Positions 18,113 through 29,100 of a stretch of DNA of 64,000 bases are shown here, one piece after another. Each line of letters begins with the position of its first letter. The first letter of the stretch is position 1. The translations under genes were made by a program, and so were the position numbers. Origin of the DNA: Polyangiales bacterium (GTDB lineage Bacteria > Myxococcota_A > Polyangia > Polyangiales > Ga0077539); assembly GCA_044229975.1 (NCBI GenBank), contig JBGARZ010000015.1:64001-128000 (forward strand). The letters run 5' to 3'. The notes beneath the pieces are model-generated. The model saw nothing but the letters and a program-made list of their open reading frames with translations. It ran no database searches and was not told where the DNA came from.

Positions 18113-19750
18113 TCAGCGCACGAACAGCAGCCGCTGGACGAGGTCGGTGGTGAGCAGCGTGTCGGTGAGGTTGGTGTCGAGGTCGGCGTTGCTGGACCCG
18201 GTCGAGGCCCCGAAGCCCGACTGCGTCGCGGTGCAGGCCGACGTGCTGGTCATCGAGGTGATGAAGCTGTTGTCGTCCGTCGAGACGAGGAAGCCGTTGG
18301 ACGTGGTGGTCGTGGTCTCGTCGCGGCAGCGGAAGCGGAGCCCGGCGCTGTGGCAGGCCGCGGACGCGGAGGGGAACGGCGTCCCCTGCGTGATGGTGGT
18401 GCAGCTCAGGGCGCAGGTCGCCGAGTACACCGAGTTCTGGGACATCACCGAGAGCAGCGTGCGGTTTTGCAGGCAGCCGGTGGTGGTCTGCACCTCGGTG
18501 CCCCCCGTCGCGCCGCCACGCAGGATCATCACCTCGTCGGCGGCCAGGGTGTTGTACGCCGCGCTCTTCGCGTCGGCGTTGATGAGCGGGTTGGTGGGCA
18601 TCCCGAAGGTCGTGGTGTTGACCCACGACGCCGACCGGGGACCCCAGTTGATCGTGTCGTTGTTGGTGATGACCGCCACGAGCGTCCAGCCTCCGCCGGA
18701 CGACTCCATGTCGCAGTAGACGTCGAAGCCCGCCGCCCCACCGGCGCCGTCGGGGTCGATGCGAAACACCCCGCTCGCCGCCGTCGGTCGCGCCGCGCGG
18801 ATCGCCCGACACGACGCCGCGTCCCCGCCGCCGCCGCCCATGCACACGCCCGCGACGCAGGTCTGCCCCGCGGCGCAGGCGAGGCCGCAGCCGCCGCAGT
18901 GGGAGGGGTTGGTGAGCCCGTTGGTCTCGCAGCCCGTGGCGAGGTTGCCGTCGCAGTCGCCGAAGCCCGGGGTGCACGTGAGGCGACACGCGCCCCCCAC
19001 ACACTGGCCCATCGAGTTGGGGCGCCCGCTGCACGCGTTGCCGCAGGCCCCGCAGTGCGTGCTGCTCGACGCCGGGTCGACGCACGCCCCCGAGCAGAGG
19101 AGGCCCGTGCAGGTGCTCGCGCAGGATCCGCCGCTACACATCGTCCCCGACGGGCAGGCGTTGCCGCAGGTGCCGCAGTTGGAGGACGACTCGCGGACGT
19201 TGACCTCGCAGCCGTCGGAGGAGGCGCCGTTGCAGTCGCGGAAGCCCTCGTTACAGGACAGCACGCAGCTCACCGTGTCGCCGCAGCGGCTGACCCCGTT
19301 GGGCGCCGTCGGGCACGGCAACGGCGAGTACGTCGTCCCGTCGTCGCTGCACCGCTGGCGCGCGCCCTCGACGCACTGGAGGGTGCCCGGCGCGCACACC
19401 CGCGACGTACAGCGCCCGCCCTCGCAGCGCCCGCCCGTGGCGGCGCAGGCCACCGAGACGGTGGTGCGCCCGTCCTCGCCGCAGACCCGCGCGGTCTGCG
19501 CGTCGAGGCACACCGAGGTGCCCGGGGTGCACGTCATCTCCTGCACGTCGACCGACGGCACATCGACGGGAAGGCCGGCGTCGACGGGAGATCCATCGTC
19601 GACCGGCGGCGCGGTCACGTCGGTGGTGACGCCGTTGTCGGAGGTCGAGGCGTCGCCGCCGCCGATGATGATGTTGCCGCCGCCGGCGCGCGCCGAGCAG
19701 GCGGCCGAGAGGAGCAGCACGGAGAGGATCGAGCGTCGCAGCGGGTTCAC
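18113..19750 (-). CDS. Cys-rich lipoprotein with C-terminal fibrinogen-like (YCDxxxxGGGW) domain
   Basis: SAAC lipobox; CGACGNAC and DCNG..DGCE repeats; ASCRAI...SGVFRIDPDG...VYCDMESSGGGWTLV. Confidence 0.85.
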   Translation of the reverse strand: MNPLRRSILSVLLLSAACSARAGGGNIIIGGGDASTSDNGVTTDVTAPPVDDGSPVDAGLPVDVPSVDVQEMTCTPGTSVCLDAQTARVCGEDGRTTVSVACAATGGRCEGGRCTSRVCAPGTLQCVEGARQRCSDDGTTYSPLPCPTAPNGVSRCGDTVSCVLSCNEGFRDCNGASSDGCEVNVRESSSNCGTCGNACPSGTMCSGGSCASTCTGLLCSGACVDPASSSTHCGACGNACSGRPNSMGQCVGGACRLTCTPGFGDCDGNLATGCETNGLTNPSHCGGCGLACAAGQTCVAGVCMGGGGGDAASCRAIRAARPTAASGVFRIDPDGAGGAAGFDVYCDMESSGGGWTLVAVITNNDTINWGPRSASWVNTTTFGMPTNPLINADAKSAAYNTLAADEVMILRGGATGGTEVQTTTGCLQNRTLLSVMSQNSVYSATCALSCTTITQGTPFPSASAACHSAGLRFRCRDETTTTTSNGFLVSTDDNSFITSMTSTSACTATQSGFGASTGSSNADLDTNLTDTLLTTDLVQRLLFVR

Positions 19751-19944
19751 GCCGCCGTGTCTGCCCGAGTGGCGTGTGCGGCGCAAGTCACCGGGGCAGC
19801 GTGGCCATGGCCTCGCGCAGGGCCCGGTAGCGCTCGTGCATCCACGGAGGGGTCGCCGCGGGCGGCCAGCACGACGAGGTCTTCGGCGGCCTCGCGACGC
19901 CTGCGCGCCGGAGGTCGCCCGCGAGCCGCGCCCGCCCGGCTGTA

Positions 19945-20186
19945 CTAGTACCTCGTCGCAGGAGTTCTGACGGGTTGAAGAAGCCGCAAGGGCGCAAGGG
20001 TCGCAAGGGAGGACGACTCAGGCGACTCACCCTCATCTCATCTTGTCCTTGCGACCCTTGCGCCCTTGCGCAAGGGTCGCAAGGGAGGACGACTCAGGCG
20101 ACTCACCCTCATCTCATCTTGTCCTTGCGACCCTTGCGCCCTTGCGGCTTCTTCAACCCGTCAGAACTCCTGCGACGAGGTACTAG
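19945..20186. repeat. Palindromic MITE/REPIN-like element, copy A
   Basis: 19945-20008 is the exact reverse complement of 20123-20186 (64 bp); both ends are CTAG; internal direct repeat with 76-bp period (starts 19992 and 20068). Confidence 0.95.
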
Positions 20187-20424
20187 GCGCGCAGCACCAT
20201 CACCGTCGGCACCGCGGCCGCGAGCAACCCAAGCGTGAACCTGGCAGTGTGCGGAGCCCCCGCCCCTGCGCCCTGAGCGCGGGGGTCAGGGCGCGCGGCA
20301 GCGGGGAAGGGGGCCCAGACCGCCGACACACGGCAGAGAAGCCGCACGCCGCGGGTCCGTGGGGGCTCTTGACGGCGTCGGCGTCGCGCGCGAAACGAGG
20401 ATAGTCTGGGAGGGGAAGTCGGGG

Positions 20425-21972
20425 ATGGCGCGCTACCGGTTGATGCTTCTGGAGGGGGTCGCCGCGGATCATCGCGGGGCGGCGGACGTGATCGCGTTGC
20501 CGCCCGAGGGAGTGGACGCGCAGGCGTTGCGCCGCGCCCTGAGCGGGCCCATCGCGCAACCCGTGATGCTCGCCGCCAGCGACGACGCCGAGGCGCTGCA
20601 ACGGGTCCACGCGCGCCTCCAGGGAGCGGGCCTGGAGGTGTGCATCTTCGACGACAGCACGGCGCTGATCCGGCTCGCCGAGACCGTGCGCACGGCGCTG
20701 GGCTTCACCCGGGTGAAGGCGGTGGGCGCTCCCATGGAGGGCGCGGTTCCGCCGCGTCTCACGGGACCGACGACGCCCGAGCAGGGCCCCGCGCTCATCG
20801 ACCCGAATGATGGTCGCTGGCGTCGCATGGCGCTGCTCGCGGCGGGCCTCGCGTTGCCGATGATCGTGACGCTCTTCCTCTCCGGGGCCTTCGACGGAGC
20901 GCTGAGCGACGAGCCGCCCACCGCCGCACCGTCGGGTGCGGAGGCGTCGGGCGGAGAGCGTTCGCGACGGCTGTCGGCGCGGGCGGGCGCGGGGCAGGGC
21001 GACGCACCCGGTCCCGGTGAAGCGGGCGCGCGCAACGGCAGTGGCGGAGCAGCGTCGAGCGCGGCGGGTGGCGGCGGCGGTGACTCCGTCGAGCTCACGC
21101 AGGAGGGCGCCGACCCGACGTCGACGCCGGCGGCGACCGCGCCCCCGAAGCGAACGGCGCGCAAGGCCATCGCGGCCGTGCTGGCGTTGCTGCTGGGTCT
21201 CGCCTCCGCAGCGGTGTTGGGCGAGGCGGTGGAGCGCTCGACGCGCACCCGCAGCGCGGCGACCCGTCGTCGCATCCGGCGCGGCGTGGCGCTGGCGGCG
21301 GGCCTCGGGCTCGCGGTCGCGCCCGTGGTGGTGTGGCAGGCGTGGGCGGCGTCGCAGGTGCCGGTCGCGCTGGCGCCGGTGCGTTTGCCGCCGACGCACC
21401 GCCCGACGCCTCGCCCCGCGGAGGACGCCCGCTGTCCGGGCGGACCGTTTTCGCGCTTCGTCTGTCGCTCCGGTCGCGGCGCACGCCGGTCGGAGGCGCG
21501 GCCCTTCGCGTCGCTGCTCACCCGCTTCCGACGACAGTCGCAGCACCCCGCCGACGCCGGAACCGTCGCCGCCCTCGACGCCGCCGTCGCACCGCGCGAG
21601 CGCCACGCCTCGCGTCATCACCACCACCGGCGCCACCACGAGCCCGCACCGACCGTCGCCACGTCGGATGCGTCCGTGAGCGACGCCGTCGTCGAGCAGA
21701 CCGCACCCGTCGCACCCGTCGCACCTGTCGCGCCCGTCGATGCGTCGGTGCCGACGACGACCGAGACACCGCCCGAGGCGATGGTGGTCGCTGCGCCGCC
21801 GACGACCGAGGCCGTCGAACCCACCGTGACCGAAGCGCCCGAAGCGCCGCCTCCGCCCGCACCTCCGAGGCCGAGGAGCTTGCCGCGAGGGTGGTTCGCC
21901 GGGTGGTTTCTCGCGGGGCTGGTGGTGGGGCTGTGGGCGATGCCGGGATGGCGTCGGCTGGGGAGGTCGTGA
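20425..21972 (+). CDS. Hypothetical multi-TM protein with low-complexity linkers
   Basis: About four hydrophobic segments; GC-rich third positions; coupled to the next ORF by TGATG. Confidence 0.6.
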   Translation: MARYRLMLLEGVAADHRGAADVIALPPEGVDAQALRRALSGPIAQPVMLAASDDAEALQRVHARLQGAGLEVCIFDDSTALIRLAETVRTALGFTRVKAVGAPMEGAVPPRLTGPTTPEQGPALIDPNDGRWRRMALLAAGLALPMIVTLFLSGAFDGALSDEPPTAAPSGAEASGGERSRRLSARAGAGQGDAPGPGEAGARNGSGGAASSAAGGGGGDSVELTQEGADPTSTPAATAPPKRTARKAIAAVLALLLGLASAAVLGEAVERSTRTRSAATRRRIRRGVALAAGLGLAVAPVVVWQAWAASQVPVALAPVRLPPTHRPTPRPAEDARCPGGPFSRFVCRSGRGARRSEARPFASLLTRFRRQSQHPADAGTVAALDAAVAPRERHASRHHHHRRHHEPAPTVATSDASVSDAVVEQTAPVAPVAPVAPVDASVPTTTETPPEAMVVAAPPTTEAVEPTVTEAPEAPPPPAPPRPRSLPRGWFAGWFLAGLVVGLWAMPGWRRLGRS

Positions 21973-22712
21973 TGCGCTGGCGATGGATGATCGCGGTCGT
22001 GGTGCTGACGAGCGTGGCGTCGGGGCAGGAGGTTCCGGACCCGGACGAGGCGTCGGTGGTGGCGCCCGCGGCGAGCGCTGCATTGGGACGGGCCGTGGCC
22101 GATCGCTTCGTCGCATGTGCGGGGGCGGAGGGCGAGGCGCTGACGGAGGCCGATCGGTCGACGGTGGCGGACGGCGTCGCGCCGATGGCATCGGCCGTGG
22201 CGCGCGGTCTCGGCGCGGAGGAGTGCACCACCGACCCGGCGGCCGAGGCGCGCTGCATCGAGCTGGTGCGCGCCGCGGACTGCGACGCGCTCGCGCGCGG
22301 ACTGCAAAGCGCCCCGACGGCGAGGTCGACGGAGCCGACGCCCGCGTGGGCCGACGGTCACGCGCGCACGCTCACCGCGCGGGTGTCGGCCTGCCTCGCG
22401 GCCGAGCACGACGGCGGAACCTCCGATGAAGAGCTCGCCGCCCTCAACGCGCTGCGAAGCTCCCTGGGCGCGACGCTCGGATTGCTGGTCGCGACGGGTC
22501 GCTGCCGCGTCGACGAAAACGCCCTGCCGACGTGTGCACTGAGCGTCGGGTCGCTGTCGTGCGAGGCGCTCTCCCACCACCTGGAGGAAGACCCCGGCCG
22601 ACTCGCGAGCGGGGTGACGCCGGAGTGCGCGCGCTTCCTCCAATGCGGCGACGGCGACGCGGGCGCCGACGAGGCCGACGCGAGTCTGGAAGAGCCAATC
22701 GAGAACCGTTGA
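21972..22712 (+). CDS. Hypothetical secreted protein with two Cys-containing helical repeats
   Basis: GGAGG then ATG; signal peptide; CIELVRAADCDAL and CALSVGSLSCEAL. Confidence 0.65.
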   Translation: MRWRWMIAVVVLTSVASGQEVPDPDEASVVAPAASAALGRAVADRFVACAGAEGEALTEADRSTVADGVAPMASAVARGLGAEECTTDPAAEARCIELVRAADCDALARGLQSAPTARSTEPTPAWADGHARTLTARVSACLAAEHDGGTSDEELAALNALRSSLGATLGLLVATGRCRVDENALPTCALSVGSLSCEALSHHLEEDPGRLASGVTPECARFLQCGDGDAGADEADASLEEPIENR

Positions 22713-22851
22713 GGGTGACCTTCTCAAGGTCGTTGCGTCCGGCCGCAGCCGACTTCGAGAGGGATGTCATTGAGCACTCGTGGCTCAGGTTGAGCCAACC
22801 GTTGCTCGATCCGTCACGGTGTCTTGTGACGTCATCGTCGGCGCTTCTGCG

Positions 22852-24350
22852 ATGGCACGCCGCGTGGAAACGCTCGGCTCTCTCGTGAGACACCGCCGCT
22901 TCCTTGGTCCTTCCTTCCTGCTGCATGCGCTGCTCTCTTCGGCGTGCGGCGCCCCTCCGGCCGCCGTCGCCGACCCCGATGGCGGAGCGACCGGCGACGC
23001 ACCCGTCATCGTCGATGTCCCTCCATCCGACGCACCGCCGCCAACGTCGCGCGACCTTCGCTTCCCCGACCGCGCGGTGGTCGCGTGGATGGGCGTGACC
23101 TCCGCTGGTCCCTGGTGGGTCGAGGAGCGCATCGCCCCGCAGCCCATGGTCGTCGGCGACCGCGACCTCGGCCCGCGCTCCGTCGTTCGCGCCGCGCCCC
23201 ATCGTGAGGTCGTCTGGACGCCGCCCGACAGCGACCGCCTCACCAGCGCCGCGTTGCACCCATCGGGCGAGTGGTCGGCCGTCGGCGTCGAGTCCGATGG
23301 GCGCATCTTCCTCGCCCATGGTGACGCCCACGGCCTGCACGACCGCCGCGTGCTCGACGACCCCGCCCTCGCTACTGACAACCGCGCGTGGCTCTCGACG
23401 CCGCGCGATGTCCCGCGCATCAACGCGCTCTCCGAGGCGAGCGTCGCGCTCGTCGCCGACGGCGAAGACGTCGTGGTGTCGCTGATGAGCCAGGACCTCG
23501 CCGTGCTGGTCTACCGCTGGCGTCGCGAGGGCGGAGCCTTCGTCCGCGGTCCGCGCACGGTGGCGAGCCCGGCGACGCCGACGACGCCCTTCCTGCCCAT
23601 CGGTGGCAGCTACGACGACTTCGACGCGGTGGTGTCGCCGTACCTCACGCGTCTCGGCGTCGATCGGCAGGGCCGCGCCTACGTTGCGGTGTTCACCGAC
23701 CGCTCGCGCCTCACGCGCCACAACACCGTCTTCGACACCCGGCTCGAAATCGTTCGCGAGCACCTCGGCCCGCGCGAGAACTCCTCCGATGCGCTCGTGG
23801 TGCGTGTCGACCGCGACGGCACCGTCGGCTTCGCCCGCGTGGTGGGGACGGCCGATGTCGAAGACGAGGTGTCGGCATCGCGGTGGGCGACGAGCGCGTC
23901 GCCGTCCTGGGTCGCAGCCGGCGCGAGCTGGGTCGCGACAACACGGAGATCCACGTGATGGTCTCCGAGCTCGGCCTCGACGGCACTCCGCTCGGAACCA
24001 CCACCTTCGACGCGCGTGACTCCGGCCTCGCGCAGACCGCCGTCTACGTCGGCCCCGACCTCTTCGTCGGCGGAACCGACGCCTGGGTCCAGAACCCTTC
24101 CGGCCGCAGCCTCTTCCAGCCGGGGCACCCGATGCTGCTCCGACTGCGCGGCACGCCCACCCGGCAGGTCGAGCGCCTCGACGCGATGCTCCCCACCACC
24201 GCGGGTCACGCCGAGCTCCGCGCGCTGACCGTGTCGGGCGGCGCCCTCTTCCTCGGCGGCCACGAGCGCGGCCCGCTCACGCACACCGGCGACACCGACC
24301 GCAGCCTCATCCGCTCCGACGCCTGGTGGAACGTCCGCCCGCTTCCCTGA
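22852..24350 (+). pseudogene. Beta-propeller-like lipoprotein with a single frameshift near 23872
   Basis: LSSAC lipobox; plausible coding to VEDEV, then continues in another frame (GIAVGDERVAVLGRSRR...WWNVRPLP*). gtgtcggc looks like gtg-ttc-ggc missing one T. Confidence 0.65.
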
Positions 24351-24373
24351 GCCCGTCGTAGCCTGCGACGCCC

Positions 24374-26071
24374 ATGCGCGCCCGCCTCGTCCTCGTCGCG
24401 TCCCTCCTCGCAGCCTGCGCCGCCCATCACCCGCATCGCGCTCGCTCCCACTCTCCCGCCGCGGGCCGCATCACGCTCTCCCTCGTCGGAACCAGCGATC
24501 TCCACGGCCGCCTCGCGATGCTCCCGTGGCTCGCCGGTCACGTCGCCAACCTGCGCCGCGCGCGTGAGCACGACGGCGCCGTGCTGCTTGCCGACGCGGG
24601 CGACCTCTTCCAGGGAACGCTCGAGTCCAACCTCAACGAGGGCGCCGCGGTGCTGCGCGCCTACAACGCGATGGGCTACGCGGCGGTGGCCGTGGGCAAC
24701 CACGAGTTCGACTACGGCCCCGAAGGCGAGGCCGTCTTCGCCCGCGCCCCGACGGACGACCCGCGCGGCGCGCTCCGGGCGAGGGTGGGCGAGGCGCGCT
24801 TCCCGTGGCTCATGGCCAACATCGTCGACGCCGACACCGGCGCGCTCCCCGCATGGAACAACCTCCATGCCACCGCCCTCGTCGAGGCGGGTGGTGTTCG
24901 GGTCGGCTTCATCGGGGTGAGCACCGAGGCCACTCCCCACACCACGCTCGCGGTGAACTTCCGCGGCCTCGCGATGCGCCCGCTGGCCGAGTCCATCCGC
25001 GCGCGAGCCGCGGCGCTGCGGGCGGAAGGCGCGTCCGTGGTGGTGGTGCTCGCCCACGCCGGCGGCGGCTGCCGTCGCTTCGAGGACCCCGACGACCTGA
25101 GCTCCTGCGACGCCGACGAGGAGATCTTCCAGGTGGCTCGCGCGCTGCCCGAAGGGTCCGTCGACGCCATCGTCGCGGGTCACACCCACCAGGGGGTGGC
25201 GCACGTCGTTCATGGCATCCCGGTGATCGAGTCCTTCGCCAACGGGCGTGCCTTTGGGCGCGTCGACCTCGTCGTCGACCGCGCGTCGCGTCGTGTCGTG
25301 AGCCACACGGTGCACCGTCCGCACGGCGTCTGCGGCAGCCCGCATCGCGCCGACCCCGACCCCGATGCCTGCGCTGCATTGCCCTACGAGGGAGCGCCGG
25401 TGGTCGCCGACGAGGCCGTCGCCGCGGTCATCGCTCCGACACTCGCCGCCGCCCGCACGGTGCGCGAGCGCCCCGTCGGCGTGACCGTCACATCGACCCT
25501 GCGCAACGCATGGAGGGACGAATCGGCGCTCAACAACCTCGTCGCGGACCTCATGCGAGCGACCACGCACGCCGACGTCGCGCTGATGAACGCGGGCGGC
25601 GTTCGCGCCGACCTCGCGGCGGGCGCGCTGGACTACGGTCGGTTGTACGCGGTGCTGCCCTTCGACAACCGGCTGGTGACGGTTCGGGTGCGCGGCGCGG
25701 CGTTGCGGCGGGTGCTCGTCGACAACGCCCGCGGCGACGGCGGAACGCTCGCCGTCTCCGGCATGCGCGTGGTGGCGACCTGCGAGGGGAGCTCGCTGCG
25801 GGCGCAGGTGATGCGCGACGACGGCCGGGCGGTGGGCGACGACGAGGTGCTCACCGTGGCGACCAACGACTACCTGGCGGGCTCGGCGCTGGAGCGGGCG
25901 TTGGAGGAGCCGCTGACGGGCGACGCGATCGTGGCCTCGCCGTTGTTGCGCGACGCGGTGGCCGCGCGATTGGGGGCGATGGGGACGCTGCGGGGGGATG
26001 ACCCGCGGTGGCTCGATCGGCAGCACCCGCGGATGGTGTGGCCAGGCGAGCGGCCGGTGCGGTGCCGGTAG
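24374..26071 (+). CDS. 5'-nucleotidase / UDP-sugar hydrolase lipoprotein
   Basis: DLHG, DAGD, GNHEFD, GHTH metallophosphoesterase motifs; NAGGVRA and PFDN in the C-terminal domain. Confidence 0.92.
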   Translation: MRARLVLVASLLAACAAHHPHRARSHSPAAGRITLSLVGTSDLHGRLAMLPWLAGHVANLRRAREHDGAVLLADAGDLFQGTLESNLNEGAAVLRAYNAMGYAAVAVGNHEFDYGPEGEAVFARAPTDDPRGALRARVGEARFPWLMANIVDADTGALPAWNNLHATALVEAGGVRVGFIGVSTEATPHTTLAVNFRGLAMRPLAESIRARAAALRAEGASVVVVLAHAGGGCRRFEDPDDLSSCDADEEIFQVARALPEGSVDAIVAGHTHQGVAHVVHGIPVIESFANGRAFGRVDLVVDRASRRVVSHTVHRPHGVCGSPHRADPDPDACAALPYEGAPVVADEAVAAVIAPTLAAARTVRERPVGVTVTSTLRNAWRDESALNNLVADLMRATTHADVALMNAGGVRADLAAGALDYGRLYAVLPFDNRLVTVRVRGAALRRVLVDNARGDGGTLAVSGMRVVATCEGSSLRAQVMRDDGRAVGDDEVLTVATNDYLAGSALERALEEPLTGDAIVASPLLRDAVAARLGAMGTLRGDDPRWLDRQHPRMVWPGERPVRCR

Positions 26072-26130
26072 CGCCGCCGTAGTCTCCGCTTCCCGCGCGG
26101 TATGCCCGTGGCGTAGCGTCGAGGGAAGGC

Positions 26131-29100
26131 ATGTCGACGTCGAACCCGCAGCGCCTGGGTCGGTACATCGTCACGCGGCGGCTCGGGGTGGGCGGCATGG
26201 CGGAGGTCTTCCTCGCCCGCTCGCGCGGCGCGGAGGGCGTCGACAAGTCCCTCGTCGTCAAGCGCATCCTCCCCGACTACGCGGAGAACCCGCACTTCCG
26301 CACGATGTTCGTCGACGAGGCCCGCGTCGCGCTGCGCCTCAACCACCCCAACCTCGTGCAGGTGTACGGCTTCGAGTCCGACGGGCCGACGCTGCTCCTC
26401 ATCATGGAGCACGTCGACGGCCCCGACCTCGGGCTGCTCCTCGCCACCGCCCACCGCGCCGGAGAGCGCGTCCCCTACGCCGTCGCCGCCCATGTCCTGC
26501 GCGAGCTCGCCCGCGCCCTGCACTACGCCCACGAGCGCCTCGACGACCAGGGCCGACCCCTCGACATCGTCCACCGCGACGTCTCGCCCGCCAACGTCCT
26601 GCTCTCCTACGAAGGCGCCGTGAAGCTCGGCGACTTCGGCATCGCCCACGCCCGCTCGGCGTCGTTCCTGGAGACCGGGCTCGTGCAGGGCAAGTACGGC
26701 TACATGGCGCCCGAGCAGGCCCGCGGCGAGACCGTCGATCGCCGCGCCGACGTCTTCGCCCTCGGCGTCGTGCTCCTCGAAATGCTCATCGGGCGCCCGT
26801 GGTTCGCGGACGTTCCCGACGCGCAGACGCTGCTCGCGCAGGTGCGAGAGGGCGTGCTCCCCGACGTCGATCTGCTGGTGCCCGATGCCCCGGAGGCGCT
26901 GCGGTCGGTCGTCCGTCGCGCCATGCGCCCCGATCGCGAGGAGCGCTTCGCCACCGCCCGCGAGGTGTCCCTCGCCCTCAACCCCTTCCTCAACGCCGTC
27001 GAGCAGCAGGCCGAGGCCGTCGCGCTCGAACCCTTCCTCGAACGCGTCATGCCCCGGCGCCGCACGTCGCAGACGCTGCCCGCCCTCTCTTCGTCGCCGC
27101 CGCCGCCCATGGAGTCCATCCCCACGGTGGGCCCCGGCTCGCTTAGCCCGTCGGGCGGCGTCGGCCGCACCATGTCGGCGCTCGACCCCTACGCCAGCGT
27201 CACGCTCCCCGAGCTCATGCTCATGTCCGACGCGAGCGCCCCGGTGCGCCCGCGCGGCGATGCCGTCGCCGCCGTCCGCGAGCGCGTCAACGTCGCCGTC
27301 ATCGTCGGCAAGCTCTCCCGACCCGCGCAGTCCCCCGAGACCCGCGCCCTCGTCTCCCTCGTCGACGCCCTCGCCTTCAAGGCCGCCGCCACCCTCGAAT
27401 GGACCGGCGACGACCGCTTCACCCTCCTCGTCGGTGTTCTTCGCCCGCAGGTCGACGACCCGCTGCGCGCGGCCCGCCTCGCGCTCGACCTCCTCGACGC
27501 CGCCCGCACCCTCGCGGCCGACCTCGAGAGCGTCGACGAAGCCCTCGTCGAGCTCGCCCCCACCCTCGGCCTCGGCCTCGCGCGTGGGCTCGTGGCGTGT
27601 GCGTTCGATCCCGATGGGGTTCCGCTGCGCTTCGAGCCGGTCGACGACACCCTGCCCATCGCCAACGGGCTCGCCTCCGCGGCCCGACCCGGCGAGGCCC
27701 TCCTCGGCGCCGCCCTCGCGCGCTTCGTGCGTCGCGCCTTCGTGCTGCGCGAGGCCACCGCGCGCTCCACCACCGGCGGTCGGGTGTGGGCCCTCGAACG
27801 CCTCCGCGGCCGCTCCGAACGCGACGCGTCGGCGGAGGTCCAGGGCTACGCGCTGCTCGGCCGCGAGGGTCCCATCGGGGCGCTGCGCGACGCGTACGCC
27901 GCCGTGATCTTCACCGAGGCGGGAGCAGCGCGCCGGGTCGTCGGCGAGCTCGGCATCGGGAAGTCCACCGTGCTCGGCGCCTTCGCGGAGGGCCTCCTCG
28001 GCGGCGACACGGCCACGCGAGTACTGCGGGTAGAAGCCTCGCTCGGAACGAGCCGCGTGCCCTTCGCGCTCATCGCCCAGCTCCTCCAGCAGGTGCTCGT
28101 GCTCCAGCGCGACGGCAACCCCCTGCTGCCGTCCGACCTCGCCGACCGCGCCGTGCTCGGTCGCTCGCTCGACCGCGCCGTCGACCGCTGGGGCGCCGGA
28201 ACACTCGGCCGTCGCGCCGCGGTGCGCGCCCTCCGCGCTGCGCTGGGCCTCGACATCCACGACGAGTCGATGGAGTCGTCCATCACCCGCGAGCTGGCGC
28301 TGGTGCTGCGCCCGATGCTCTCCGAGACCGCCAAGGACGGCCCGCTGGTGCTGCTCCTCGATGGCCTGGAGCTCGCCGACGCACCGAGCCGCGCGCTCGC
28401 CGCCGACCTCGCGCGACGCCCGCCGGGGTCGCCCGTGCTCGTGGTGCTCGCGCTGCGCGACGACGACGCGTTGCAGGCCGAGCTCGGGGGCGTTCCGGAG
28501 ATCGACGTGGGGCCGCTGGACGTCGAGGCGCGGCGGCGGCTCATCGCGCACTCGCTGGGCGCCGACCACGCGAGCGACGCGCTGGTGCAGGAGGTGAGCG
28601 CCGTGGTGGGCGGCAACCCCCTGGCGATGCTGGAGGTGGTCGAGGCCCTGAGCGAGCGCGACCGGGTGCGCGCGCGGGCGCAGCTCGATGGCACCGGTGA
28701 GGTCATCGCCGACCTCGTGACCGACGAGCGCGGCGAGGCGCTCCTCCCTGGAACGCTCGATGAAGTGCTCGCCGCCCGCATCGACGCGCTGCCGCCGCCG
28801 AGCCGCTTGCTCCTGCGATGGTGCGCGCTCTGCGAGGCCGAGCTGCACCGCCCGCTGGTGGACGCCCTCGGCGGCGCCGACGGGGCGCGGGTGCGCGCGC
28901 GATTGGTCAACGACGGCATCCTGGTGGAGTCACCGGGGATCGCGGGAGAGCCGGTGCTGACCTTCGCGCACGCGGCGCTGCGGCGGCTCTTGCGGGCGGC
29001 GGTCGATCCGACGGCGCTGCCGGCGATGCACGCGCGGCTGGCCGAGGTGCTGGAGCGGCAGGAGGTGGCGACGGCGGCGACGGCGCGTCACCGCACGGCG

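Noticed and set aside
19992..20146. Possible mini CRISPR array
   Set aside because: The two intervening sequences are identical rather than unique spacers, the repeats alternate in orientation, and no cas genes are present.
19975..20404. Short ORFs across the palindrome (MKKPQGRKGRK...)
   Set aside because: They are translations of the repeat arms with no independent coding evidence.
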